Positions 9,154 to 18,356 of a stretch of DNA of 64,000 bases are shown one piece after another (within the stretch, counting starts at the first letter, position 1; each line of letters starts with the position of its first letter). Under the pieces are notes generated by a model, which did not search any database, was not told the DNA's origin, and saw only the letters and a program-made list of their open reading frames with translations. The stretch lies in contig JALXBF010000006.1 of NCBI GenBank assembly GCA_026991575.1, positions 6,402 to 70,401 on the forward strand, given 5' to 3'. The DNA comes from Planctomycetota bacterium (GTDB lineage: Bacteria; Planctomycetota; Planctomycetia; JALXBF01). Both the position numbers and the translations under genes were made by a program.

Positions 9154-9796
9154 TCGGCCACTCCGCCGTCGTGCCAGACTCGGGTTCGCAGCCCCTAGGA
9201 AGCCAACCACCCTTTGCCGACGCGAGCGCGAGCGTCGTTGCCAGCGAGCCGGGCGTGGCGCCAGCCGGTCGACTGCTTCCCGGCAAGTCGCGTCACGCGC
9301 ACTCTGTTTGCCCTGCCTCGGCAAATCGCAGGCCTGGCGGTTGACGCTCCCGTCGCACGGTTGATGCAACAGCACCCGCGTGGCCACCTCAGTCTTGGTC
9401 CGTCTCCCTGGGCGGACGCGGCATCGCCAGCTGCGACGCCAGGCCAGGAGCGCTCAGTGTGCCCCGGGGCAGGGCATTCGCTTCTCGCAGCACGTCGCGA
9501 TAGCGTCCCCGTGCCGGTGTACCCAGATTGACCCGGGCGCTGCCGGCCACGCCGCCGATGCCGTGACTCCGGGGTTCACGGCTGGGGCGGCGGCCCAGGT
9601 GCATCCGAACATCGGTGGCCTCGTCCGACGGGCTCACCGGCGACGCAGCGGGAACTGAGTTAGCCCCCTGCCACAGAACGCGTAGTCCGTCTGCCAGCGT
9701 AAACTGGAGTGTTAGGGCACGTGAAGGAGAATCACATACGGCGTGGGCACCGCCGGGGCCTGCGTGCGCGCCGCGTGGCGATCATTCGGGTTTGAA

Positions 9797-10885
9797 ATGG
9801 CAGACGGCACGGTTCCGGACGCCAACCTGCCCATCCGACAACCGGCCAAACGGCGCGGCGCGCCGCTAGCGCCGCCCAACCGGTTCGAACACACCCGCTA
9901 CGAGAACGAACCGGGGTATTTTGAAGACAGCGACGCGCCGGCGATTCGACGCACCCAGTACTTTCCTGACCGCAGCCGGACGATCATCGCGAGCAACGAC
10001 AGCCCCGACGTTGGCTTCCGCTACAGCGTGAACCCGTATCGCGGCTGTGAGCATGGCTGCCCGTACTGTTACGCGCGTCCCACGCACGAGACGCTGGGCT
10101 GGAACGCCGGCATTGACTTCGAGACCAAGATCCTGGTCAAGTACGACGCCCCCGAATTGCTGCAGCGTGAGCTGAGCTCACCACGATGGCAGGGGGACGT
10201 GCTCGCGTTTTCCGGCGTCACGGATTGCTATCAGCCGATCGAACGAAAGCTGAAGCTGACGCGCCGCTGCCTGGAAGTCTGTGCCCGGTTCCGCCAGTCG
10301 GTGGCCGTCGTCACCAAGAACGCCCTCCTCTTGCGCGATCTGGATATCCTCACCGACATGGCCGCCAGGAACCTGGTGCACGTAATCGTCAGCATCACGA
10401 CGCTCGATGCGCGCCTGGCCCACGAAATGGAGCCGCGCGCAAGCTTACCGTCCCGCCGGCTGGCGATGATCGAGCATCTGGCGGCGGCCGGCGTGCCAGT
10501 CGCCGTGCTGGTTGCGCCGGTTGTCCCAGGGCTCACGGACAGCGAAATCCCGGCAATACTTGAGCGGGCGGCCGAAGCCGGGGCCGGTGCGGCCGGGTAC
10601 ACGTTGCTGCGACTGCCCGGTGCCGTGCAGACCGTCTTCCTGGACTGGCTCGAACGCGTTTATCCGCAAAAACGGGCTGTTGTTGAGGCACGGGTCAGGG
10701 CATGCCGTCACGGTCGGCTGAACGACAGCCAATTTGGTCGCCGGATGCGTGGAGAGGGGCCGGTAGCGGAGATGATCGCGCAGCTATTTCACGCTGCAGC
10801 CCGACGCACGGGCCTGGACCGAGAGTTGCCTCCTCTGAATACGACGGCCTTTCGCCGTCCAGGCAGCCAGCGCACGCTGTTCTGA
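9797..10885 (+). CDS. PA0069/Rv2578c-family radical SAM protein (SplB-like)
   Basis: NDSPDVGFRYSVNPYRGCEHGCPYCYARPTHE (CxxxCxxC), SGVTDCYQP, MEPRA. Start placed at ATG 9797. Confidence 0.9.
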   Translation: MADGTVPDANLPIRQPAKRRGAPLAPPNRFEHTRYENEPGYFEDSDAPAIRRTQYFPDRSRTIIASNDSPDVGFRYSVNPYRGCEHGCPYCYARPTHETLGWNAGIDFETKILVKYDAPELLQRELSSPRWQGDVLAFSGVTDCYQPIERKLKLTRRCLEVCARFRQSVAVVTKNALLLRDLDILTDMAARNLVHVIVSITTLDARLAHEMEPRASLPSRRLAMIEHLAAAGVPVAVLVAPVVPGLTDSEIPAILERAAEAGAGAAGYTLLRLPGAVQTVFLDWLERVYPQKRAVVEARVRACRHGRLNDSQFGRRMRGEGPVAEMIAQLFHAAARRTGLDRELPPLNTTAFRRPGSQRTLF

Positions 10886-11142
10886 CGCCGTAGGCAGCAG
10901 GAGAGGCCTTCCACGCCCCCCAATGGGTGAGCGGCCACCCAGTCCTTCTGAACGCAGCCCATCCGCACGGCGCAGCTCTCACTCGGTGCTCATCACATGG
11001 GTGACAGCCCGGTTCGAAGCAACCGCTTGCCGCACCGGTCGCGGCAGACGAATCAGCCCCTCGCCGTTCGACGCAGTACAGTCAGCAGTACCTAGCTCGC
11101 CGCGGCGTCGCTTGCCCGGAAAACCACCCGCTGCCGTCATCG

Positions 11143-11952
11143 CTAGCTGCCGATGCCCAGCAGGCGGGCCGCATTACCACCGAGCACCAGACGCTCGTCG
11201 GCCGGCCGCAAGTTCAGAAGTCTGATCTTGTAGAGTTCCACGCGCATGTCGACCAGTGGAGCGTCCGAACCAAAGAGAAGCTTCTCGGCAGGCACCTCAC
11301 GCGCCGCCCGTTCCAGGTATGGAAAGAACACCAACGAGGACGTCTCCACGTAGAGATTGCGCACCAGGCGGGCCGCTCGTATGGCGGCAAGGTGCTGGCG
11401 CCAGTTCTGCGACGCGAAGCTGCCCAGATGGGCGAGGATAAAGTTGATGGAAGGCCAGCGCTTCGCGACGTCGACCAATGGATCCACCGCAGGCGGATGG
11501 ACAAGCATGGGAATCTCAAGTTCTGCCGCCGCGCGCAGCATCTCGTCACTGGGAATGCCGTGAAGTTTCAGCCCGCGCAATCCGAGCTGCTCAACCTCCT
11601 GGCGAAGCATCTGTCCGATCCGCCCGGCCTCCGTTTTCGCATCGTGCTTAGCGAACCCGATGAACCGGCCAGGGAACCGCTTCACGTACCGCGCGATCTC
11701 GCGGTTAGCGGCCTCATACGTGCGATTGGTGATCGGGAAGATGACGCACGTATCGACACCCGCAGCATCCGCCTGCGCAATCAGCCACCGCGGATCGTTG
11801 AACGTAGTCCACGGGTCGGCGGTGTCGCGTGCTGCGCCGTAATTCACTCCTTTACCGGCATGGCAGTGAATGTCGATGACACGCGGCTTTTCGCTGCTGC
11901 CGGTCCATGCGATCATGTGGGGCAGAGCGGTCAGAAACTGTCGGCGATCCAC
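11143..11952 (-). CDS. Amidohydrolase_2 family metal-dependent hydrolase with Tat-like leader
   Basis: GTG 11952 with GGAGG RBS; DRRQFL twin-arginine motif; IDIHCH, GLKLH, ILAHLG, FGSDAP. Confidence 0.82.
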   Translation of the reverse strand: MDRRQFLTALPHMIAWTGSSEKPRVIDIHCHAGKGVNYGAARDTADPWTTFNDPRWLIAQADAAGVDTCVIFPITNRTYEAANREIARYVKRFPGRFIGFAKHDAKTEAGRIGQMLRQEVEQLGLRGLKLHGIPSDEMLRAAAELEIPMLVHPPAVDPLVDVAKRWPSINFILAHLGSFASQNWRQHLAAIRAARLVRNLYVETSSLVFFPYLERAAREVPAEKLLFGSDAPLVDMRVELYKIRLLNLRPADERLVLGGNAARLLGIGS

Positions 11953-12250
11953 GGCAGTTCCTCCCGGGTAAACAGGACATCTCCACGGCCATGATAGTTC
12001 GAACAGGGCTGCGTACGTTGGCAGAGCGTCCCCCCTCGGCTGGAGACAACGCGCTATGGCCCTCGGTAGCCCGGCGCGCTTCACTCTACCGCAGCTGCGG
12101 CTCCGCAAACGGCCGAACGGCGGGGCCACAGGCGTTCGGCTCGGGGGAAGGAATCCTCCATTGGCCGGACGGCCTGGTCCGAACAATAGCCGTAGGAACG
12201 AACAGACGTCCGGCTAGCCGGTGGTTAGCCCTCTTCGGCGCAACGACACC

Positions 12251-14392
12251 ATGAGCAGCGACTCCGGCAGCAACAGCAGTCCGATTTGGCTCCGCCTAGG
12301 ATGGCTCGGGCGGGCCCTGGCGTTTGCCTACGCGCTGGGCTTCGTGGCTTGGTACTTCAGCTTCACGCTGCCCAATAGCCAGGTCCCGCGCGGCCAGGTG
12401 TGGCTGTGGTCCCTGGGCCTGCTGCCGGACATGACGCCGCCGTTGGTGGAAGCGTTCCGCGAGCTGCTCGGCTCCCGGTATCTGGGCCAGCGGATTGCGC
12501 CGCTGATATGGGGCGTTTCGGTCCTGCTGACCAGCTGGTCCGCCGGCTTGCTGGCCTGGACCGTCCTGGAGCGCTGCCTCAAGCTGCCTCAGCCAGATCT
12601 CTTGATGCGATGCCTCCTGTACTACACGCTTGGAACCGTCCTGGTGGCAAACGCTACGCTCGTTGCGGGTCTGCTCGGGTTGCTGCGGCCGTGGCTGTTC
12701 CGCGCGGCCATGGCAGTGACGCTGGCATCAGCAACGATGGTCGCCCTGTTGCAAGAACGGCGTCGCTCGGCGCGGGCTGACGGCGAACGGGTAGAACCGG
12801 CGTCGTGGCAGCGGGGGATCTGGCTGGTAGCCGGGACTGTGGCAGCCGTGGCACTGGTTCTGGCGGTCGCCGGTTCGCTTCTGCCGGCAACGGACTTCGA
12901 CGTGCGCGAGTACCACCTGCAGGGGCCGAAGGAGTACTTTCTTGCCGGTAGGATCGGCTTCCTGGAACACAACGTGTACACGAACATGCCGTTCGGCACG
13001 GAGATGCTGAGTCTGTTTGCCATGGTGGTCAGCGGCGACTGGTGGTGGGGGGCGCTGGCCGGCCAGGTTGTCCTGGCGAGCTATCCAGCGCTGACCGGTG
13101 TGGCCGTGGTCGCGCTGGCGAGAGTTGCGTTCGGCAGTGCGGCCATGCCGTGGGCACTGCTGGTTGCCGCTAGCACGCCATGGTTTTATCGGCTGGCGAC
13201 GATTCCGTATGCAGAGGGGGGCTATTGCTTCTACACGGCGATGGCCGCTTTGGCCCTGCTTCCTCTGCTGGGCCGGCCGTCCAGGAGGCACGATGAGCGT
13301 TTCTCATGGCTTCTGGCCGGCTGGTCGGCCGCGGCGGCGTACGGCACCAAGTACACAGCCGCGTTGTTCATCGTTGTGCCGGTGGTCGCACTGCTGGCCG
13401 CAACCGCCTGGCAACGCCGATCGCTACGGGTGTTGGGCCTCGGGCTCCTGGCGGCGGCAGCGGCCGGCGGGTTGTGGCCGCTGAAGAACATCCTCCTGAC
13501 TGGCAATCCGGTATATCCGCTCGCCTATGAGCTATTCGGCGGCCGTAACTGGAACGCCGAGAAGGACCGCAAGTGGGACCGTGGCCACAGTGTGCCCGGC
13601 TACCGGCTGCGGCAACTGCAGCAGAATGTCATCGACGTGGTGGCCAAATCGGACTGGCAGAACGCGCTCGTTTTTGCGTTTGCCCCGTTGGCGCTCGCCG
13701 CGGGCTCTGGGCACCGACGCTACGCTGTGGCTCTATGGCTTGCCGTGCTCTACTTGTTTGCCTGCTGGTGGCTGGCCACACACCGGATCGACCGCTTCTG
13801 GTTGCCGCTGTTGCCGGTCGCGTGCACGTTGGCTGCCGGCGGGCTGGCGTGGCTAGCCCGAGACGGCCGGTCTGCCGGCGGTCTGCTAGCACTGGCCGGG
13901 GCGGTTGCCTATTTCAATCTCTCGCTGATGGCGTCACCACTGACGGGCAACAACGCCTACGGGATTCCTCTGGACGATCGGCTCCGAGACCCGCTGAACA
14001 CAGCCACGGGCGCGGTGGTGAAATACTGCAACGCTCGCCTGCTGCCAACGGAGCGAGTGCTGGCGGTCGGCGCAGCCGATCTGTTCCATCTGAACCGCGA
14101 CTACGCGTACAACACGGTCTTCGACGACTGTCTGTTCGAGCGCTGGACCGCGGGCAAGACGCCGCGCGAAGCGGTGGCGGCGTTGCGTCACCGAGGGTTC
14201 ACACACCTGTTCGTGTGCTGGGAGGAGATCCTTCGCTATCGCAACACGTACGGCTACACCGACTATGTCAATCCGCGTCTGCTGACTGCATACGAACGGG
14301 CAGGGGTCGTGGAGATGGAATATGCGCATCCGGACCCGATCAAGCTGGATGGGGTCTTCGTACCAAGAGGCGTGCTCTACCGCTTGAAGTAA
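12251..14392 (+). CDS. Polytopic membrane protein, probable GT-C fold glycosyltransferase (ArnT/PMT-like)
   Basis: More than 12 hydrophobic segments, DFDVREYHL loop, GTKY motif, WPLKNILLTGNPVYP, C-terminal extramembrane domain. GT-C call is inference. Confidence 0.55.
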   Translation: MSSDSGSNSSPIWLRLGWLGRALAFAYALGFVAWYFSFTLPNSQVPRGQVWLWSLGLLPDMTPPLVEAFRELLGSRYLGQRIAPLIWGVSVLLTSWSAGLLAWTVLERCLKLPQPDLLMRCLLYYTLGTVLVANATLVAGLLGLLRPWLFRAAMAVTLASATMVALLQERRRSARADGERVEPASWQRGIWLVAGTVAAVALVLAVAGSLLPATDFDVREYHLQGPKEYFLAGRIGFLEHNVYTNMPFGTEMLSLFAMVVSGDWWWGALAGQVVLASYPALTGVAVVALARVAFGSAAMPWALLVAASTPWFYRLATIPYAEGGYCFYTAMAALALLPLLGRPSRRHDERFSWLLAGWSAAAAYGTKYTAALFIVVPVVALLAATAWQRRSLRVLGLGLLAAAAAGGLWPLKNILLTGNPVYPLAYELFGGRNWNAEKDRKWDRGHSVPGYRLRQLQQNVIDVVAKSDWQNALVFAFAPLALAAGSGHRRYAVALWLAVLYLFACWWLATHRIDRFWLPLLPVACTLAAGGLAWLARDGRSAGGLLALAGAVAYFNLSLMASPLTGNNAYGIPLDDRLRDPLNTATGAVVKYCNARLLPTERVLAVGAADLFHLNRDYAYNTVFDDCLFERWTAGKTPREAVAALRHRGFTHLFVCWEEILRYRNTYGYTDYVNPRLLTAYERAGVVEMEYAHPDPIKLDGVFVPRGVLYRLK

Positions 14393-14414
14393 TGGTGGGG
14401 CCTCCTTCGGCCCT

Positions 14415-15980
14415 CTACAGCACCGGACCGATTGTCCACGGCGCGAATTCCTCTTCGCCGATGCCGTGCTCTTCGCTCTTGGTCCGTTTGCCGCTGGCGA
14501 CGGCCAAGATCTCCTCAAAGATCTGGCGCCCGACCTCCTCGACCGGTACCCCGTCCAGAATGACTCCGGCGTTGATGTCCATGTCCGAGCGCATCCGTTC
14601 GTAGGTGTCGGTATTGGTCGCGATCTTGATCGTCGGGGCTGGCTTGCAACCGTAGCAGGAACCACGCCCAGTGGTGAAGCACACGACCGTGGCTCCGGCA
14701 GCAACTTGTCCCGTAATCGAGACCGGATCGTACCCCGGACTGTCCATGAACACGAATCCGCTGGTCCGAATCGGCTCAGCGTACTCGAACACGCCGGCCA
14801 GCGGTGCGCTGCCACCCTTGGCCACGGCGCCAAGCGATTTCTCGTAGATCGTGGTCAGCCCCCCTGCCTTGTTGCCGGCCGATGGGTTGTTGTTGATCTC
14901 GGCGCCCAGCGTTTTCGTGTACCACTCCCACCAACGAACGCGGTCCAGCAGCTTCCTGGCAATCTCGGGCGACTTCGCGCGGCGGGTCAGCAGGTGTTCG
15001 GCACCGTAGATTTCGGTGGTCTCAGCCAGGATCGTTGTGCCGCCCTGAGCCACGATCAGGTCGGAGGCGACACCCAGGGCAGGATTGGCCGTGATGCCAC
15101 TGGCGCCGTCTGAGCCACCACACTGCAGCGCAACGCACAGTTTCGCGGCGGGTTGGCGCGTGCGTTTGGCCCGGTTGACGATGGGCAGAAGCCGTTCCAC
15201 TTCACGTACCAGAGCTTCGACCGTCGCCGGGATACCACCTAGTTCCTGAATCGTGAACACCCTCGGCCGCCCCGTGTCGGACTCACGGCTGGTCGGCGTG
15301 CGCAGCTGCACGAGCTCCTGAGTCTCTATCAAGTAGGAAGCCTGACCGGTCTCGCAGCCGAGGCCCACAAGCAGGTACGCGGCAACATTTGGGTGACGAG
15401 CATATCCGGCCAGAACGCGCGCGAGCAACTTATGGTCCGTGCCGTCGAACTGCAGGCCGCACCCCCCCTTGTGCGTGATCGCGAAGACTCCGTCCACGTT
15501 CGGGTAGTCGCGCAAACGCTCGCGTGAAAAGACCGAAGCGGCAAACCGCGCCGCGCTGGCGGCGCAGTTGACCGTCGGGATGATGCAGATGTAGTTGCGG
15601 GTTCCGATGCGGCCGTCCGGCCGCTCGTAACCTTCGAAATAGCGCGGCTCAGCCGCGATCGGGTCGGGTGGCGTCTCGGAGCAGAAAGCGTAGTCCCGGT
15701 CGAACTGTCCGAGCGTCACGTTGTGCACGTGCACCCACTGGCCGGGCTGAATGTCCTGGCCGGCAAAGCCGATGATCTGGCCGTACTTGCGGATCGGCTC
15801 ACCCTTGCGGATCGGAGCAAGCGCGACCTTGTGAGGAACGGGAACGGTGTCGCGGACGGTGAGCGTGATGCCGTTGAGGGCAATCTGGTCCCCTGGCTTC
15901 AGTGTCCGGCGGGCTACGCCCACGTTGTCGTTGGGACGCAGGACGATGATGGGGCTTTCTGGCAGGCTGCTCGGCGCCAT
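14415..15980 (-). CDS. uxaA: UxaA-family sugar-acid dehydratase (altronate dehydratase-like; SAF + GD_AH_C domains)
   Basis: DNVGVA, HKVAL, KYGQIIG, WVHVHNV, GTRNY, HKGGCG, LQCGGSDG, NPSAGNKAGGLTTIYEKSLG, FTTGRGS. Substrate uncertain. Confidence 0.85.
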   Translation of the reverse strand: MAPSSLPESPIIVLRPNDNVGVARRTLKPGDQIALNGITLTVRDTVPVPHKVALAPIRKGEPIRKYGQIIGFAGQDIQPGQWVHVHNVTLGQFDRDYAFCSETPPDPIAAEPRYFEGYERPDGRIGTRNYICIIPTVNCAASAARFAASVFSRERLRDYPNVDGVFAITHKGGCGLQFDGTDHKLLARVLAGYARHPNVAAYLLVGLGCETGQASYLIETQELVQLRTPTSRESDTGRPRVFTIQELGGIPATVEALVREVERLLPIVNRAKRTRQPAAKLCVALQCGGSDGASGITANPALGVASDLIVAQGGTTILAETTEIYGAEHLLTRRAKSPEIARKLLDRVRWWEWYTKTLGAEINNNPSAGNKAGGLTTIYEKSLGAVAKGGSAPLAGVFEYAEPIRTSGFVFMDSPGYDPVSITGQVAAGATVVCFTTGRGSCYGCKPAPTIKIATNTDTYERMRSDMDINAGVILDGVPVEEVGRQIFEEILAVASGKRTKSEEHGIGEEEFAPWTIGPVL

Positions 15981-15993
15981 GAATCAGCGGTGT

Positions 15994-16479
15994 TCAGAAA
16001 AAGCCCAACTGGTTGCGGGCTTCCTCGCTCATCCGGTCCGGCGTCCAGGGCGGGTCCAGCGTCAGCCGCACGTTGGCAACGATGCCGGGGCGAAGCGCTT
16101 CAATGGCCTGCTTCGCTTGCATCATCATCTGTGGCCCAGCCGGGCACAGCGGCGAGGTCAGCCCGAGATCGACTTTGACCTCGTTCCCCTTCACCTCGAC
16201 ATTGTAGACGAGGCCCAAGTCGACGACGTTGACCATGAGCTCCGGGTCAAAGACGCCCTTCAGCGCTTCCAGGATCTGGGCGGTAGTCAGCTCCTCACCG
16301 CTGCCACCGCTCTCGCCAGCAGCGGGCTGCGTCTGCTGCCCCTGGTCGTTGCCGGCTGGTGCCGCCGGCGCGGCCTCCGGCGAGCGATCCGACGCCGGCT
16401 GCGTAGCATGCTCACCAGGCGATCCAGTACCGAGCGTCTGCTTCGGTTCGCGAGTCTCGGACGCACCGCTCACGGTCAA
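15994..16479 (-). CDS. sufT: DUF59 / SufT-like metal-sulfur cluster assembly factor with low-complexity N-terminal extension
   Basis: VFDPELMVNVVDLGLVY, LTSPLCPAGP, DPPWTPDRMSEEAR; start overlaps the Rieske stop. Confidence 0.88.
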   Translation of the reverse strand: MTVSGASETREPKQTLGTGSPGEHATQPASDRSPEAAPAAPAGNDQGQQTQPAAGESGGSGEELTTAQILEALKGVFDPELMVNVVDLGLVYNVEVKGNEVKVDLGLTSPLCPAGPQMMMQAKQAIEALRPGIVANVRLTLDPPWTPDRMSEEARNQLGFF

Positions 16480-16799
16480 TCCTCCCGCAATCGCACGTAC
16501 ACTTTGCCGTCGTGCACACGCACCTCATGCACGCGGATCGGCTCCACAGCCGGCATGCGTGTTACGGCGCCAGTGCGGATGTCGAACCGCGCTCCGTGCC
16601 TGGGACATTCGATCTCATAGCCGCAGAGCGGTCCATCGCCAAGCGGACCGTCGTCATGGGTGCACACGTCATCGATCGCATACAGCTCACCGTCGACGTT
16701 CAGCACCAGCACGGGCTGTTCATCGACGATGACGTGTTTGCGTGCGCCTGCCGGTAACTCCGCCAGCTGCGCCACCTGGACGAAGCCTTCCTGGTCCAT
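16476..16799 (-). CDS. Rieske [2Fe-2S] ferredoxin (dioxygenase ferredoxin type)
   Basis: DDVCTHDDGPL and IECPRHGARFD (CxH...CxxH); GGAGG RBS before ATG 16799. Confidence 0.92.
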   Translation of the reverse strand: MDQEGFVQVAQLAELPAGARKHVIVDEQPVLVLNVDGELYAIDDVCTHDDGPLGDGPLCGYEIECPRHGARFDIRTGAVTRMPAVEPIRVHEVRVHDGKVYVRLRED

Positions 16800-16901
16800 C
16801 GTTACCCTCCACGACCAGCAAACCGCCATTCATGCGGCCCGGCACCGTCGGTGCCATTGCCGCGTGCACGGACGGCAGGTCGCTCAGAGCATCGCGCCGC
16901 G

Positions 16902-18260
16902 TCAGAGCGCGGCCAGCTCGAAAACCTCCTCCGGCGCCGGCAGGCGGAAACCGAGCTTCTCCGCGACTGCCGCGCGCAGAGCGGCACGGACCGATGGAAT
17001 GGCGATACGGTTGACCACCTCGGTGAAGAAGCCTTCCACAATCAGGTGCACGGCTTCGTCGTGCTCCAGCCCCCTGCTCTGCATGTAGAAGACCTGCTCC
17101 GGGTCCACACGGCCGGCCGTGGCCCCGTGTGTGCAACGAACATCGTCCGCTTCTATCTCCAAGCCAGGGATCGAATCGGCACGGGCATGGTCGGAGAGGA
17201 TCAGGTTGTCGTTTCGCTGGTAAGCGTTGGTCTTGAGTGCCCCCTGCTCCACGCGAATCATCCCGCGCCAGACGATGCGGGCTCGTTCCGTAAGGGCGCC
17301 ACGGAAAAGCAGATCGCTGCGCGTCGCGCCGACACGGTGCCACTGACGCGTGTGATAGCTGAGATGCTGCCGATCCCGGGCAAACATTAGCCCGTTGACG
17401 TCCGCTTCAGCGCCACGCTCGCTGAGCTCTACCTCCTGGTTCACCTTAGAAAGCTTGCTGCCGAGCACGCCGACGGCCCAGTCCACCGCCCCATCTTGGT
17501 CACAGAGGACGCGCTGATGGGCAAAGTTCCATACCTTGATGCCCAGGTCCTGCAGCGTTACCAGCCTCAGCCGGGCACCGCGGCCAACAAACACTTCCAG
17601 TGCTCCCAGGTGCAGGCCGTCCTCCAGCTCCGGAGGCGAAAGCAGCTCGATAAACAACGTGGCCTCGGCCCCCTCCTCCAACACGATCAACGTGTGCGAC
17701 GTCTCGGCAGCCGATGGCGTGGCCAGGGCTGTAACCACGTGAAGGGGGGAGGAGAGCATCATGTTCCGCGGCACGTACAGAAAGGTTCCACCCGACCAGA
17801 ACGCCGCATGAGCGGCGGCGAACTTGTCATACAACGGATCGACCGCACGGGTGAACAGATACCGCCGGACCAGTTCGCCATGCTCGCGGACGGCGTCATC
17901 CAGCGAGCAGAAAACCACTCCTTTGCTCGTCACTTCGTCGGCAAGTGACCGCTCCAGTTCGCAACCATCGACGACGACGCGATGGCCGTGCACGGTGGTC
18001 CGGTCGAAGAGCCGCAGCGTCACGGCCTCGGCCGGTAGAACGACTTGCCGGGCTCCTGCGGACAGAACGGCTGCAGGAGTGTACCGCTGAAACGAGAACA
18101 GCCTCAGATCCGTGCGGCGCCACTCCTCATGGCTTCGCGACGGGAATGGCATCCGTTGGAATGCTTCAAACGCCTGCCGTCGCTGGCGCAGCGACCAGTC
18201 CGGCTCGGCACGCTCACTGAGGAAGCGTTCGAATGTCTCTTGGTCGAATCCGCTAGTCAT
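16902..18260 (-). CDS. sufD: Fe-S cluster assembly protein SufD
   Basis: EEWRRTDL, KFAAAHAAFWSGGTFLYVP, AYQRNDNLILS, SIPGLEIEADDVRCTHGATAG, FYMQSRGL. Confidence 0.95.
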   Translation of the reverse strand: MTSGFDQETFERFLSERAEPDWSLRQRRQAFEAFQRMPFPSRSHEEWRRTDLRLFSFQRYTPAAVLSAGARQVVLPAEAVTLRLFDRTTVHGHRVVVDGCELERSLADEVTSKGVVFCSLDDAVREHGELVRRYLFTRAVDPLYDKFAAAHAAFWSGGTFLYVPRNMMLSSPLHVVTALATPSAAETSHTLIVLEEGAEATLFIELLSPPELEDGLHLGALEVFVGRGARLRLVTLQDLGIKVWNFAHQRVLCDQDGAVDWAVGVLGSKLSKVNQEVELSERGAEADVNGLMFARDRQHLSYHTRQWHRVGATRSDLLFRGALTERARIVWRGMIRVEQGALKTNAYQRNDNLILSDHARADSIPGLEIEADDVRCTHGATAGRVDPEQVFYMQSRGLEHDEAVHLIVEGFFTEVVNRIAIPSVRAALRAAVAEKLGFRLPAPEEVFELAAL

Positions 18261-18356
18261 CGGCTCCCTTCACGTCATCCGGGCAATGCCGTAGCGCACG
18301 GTGGCAAGGTCGGGGTGTTCGCAGGAGCAGCTGCTGTAGAAGACCTACGCGACGCT

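Noticed and set aside
15781-15815. Direct repeat ttgcggatcgg x2
   Set aside because: Coding repeat (PIRKGEPIRK) within the SAF domain.
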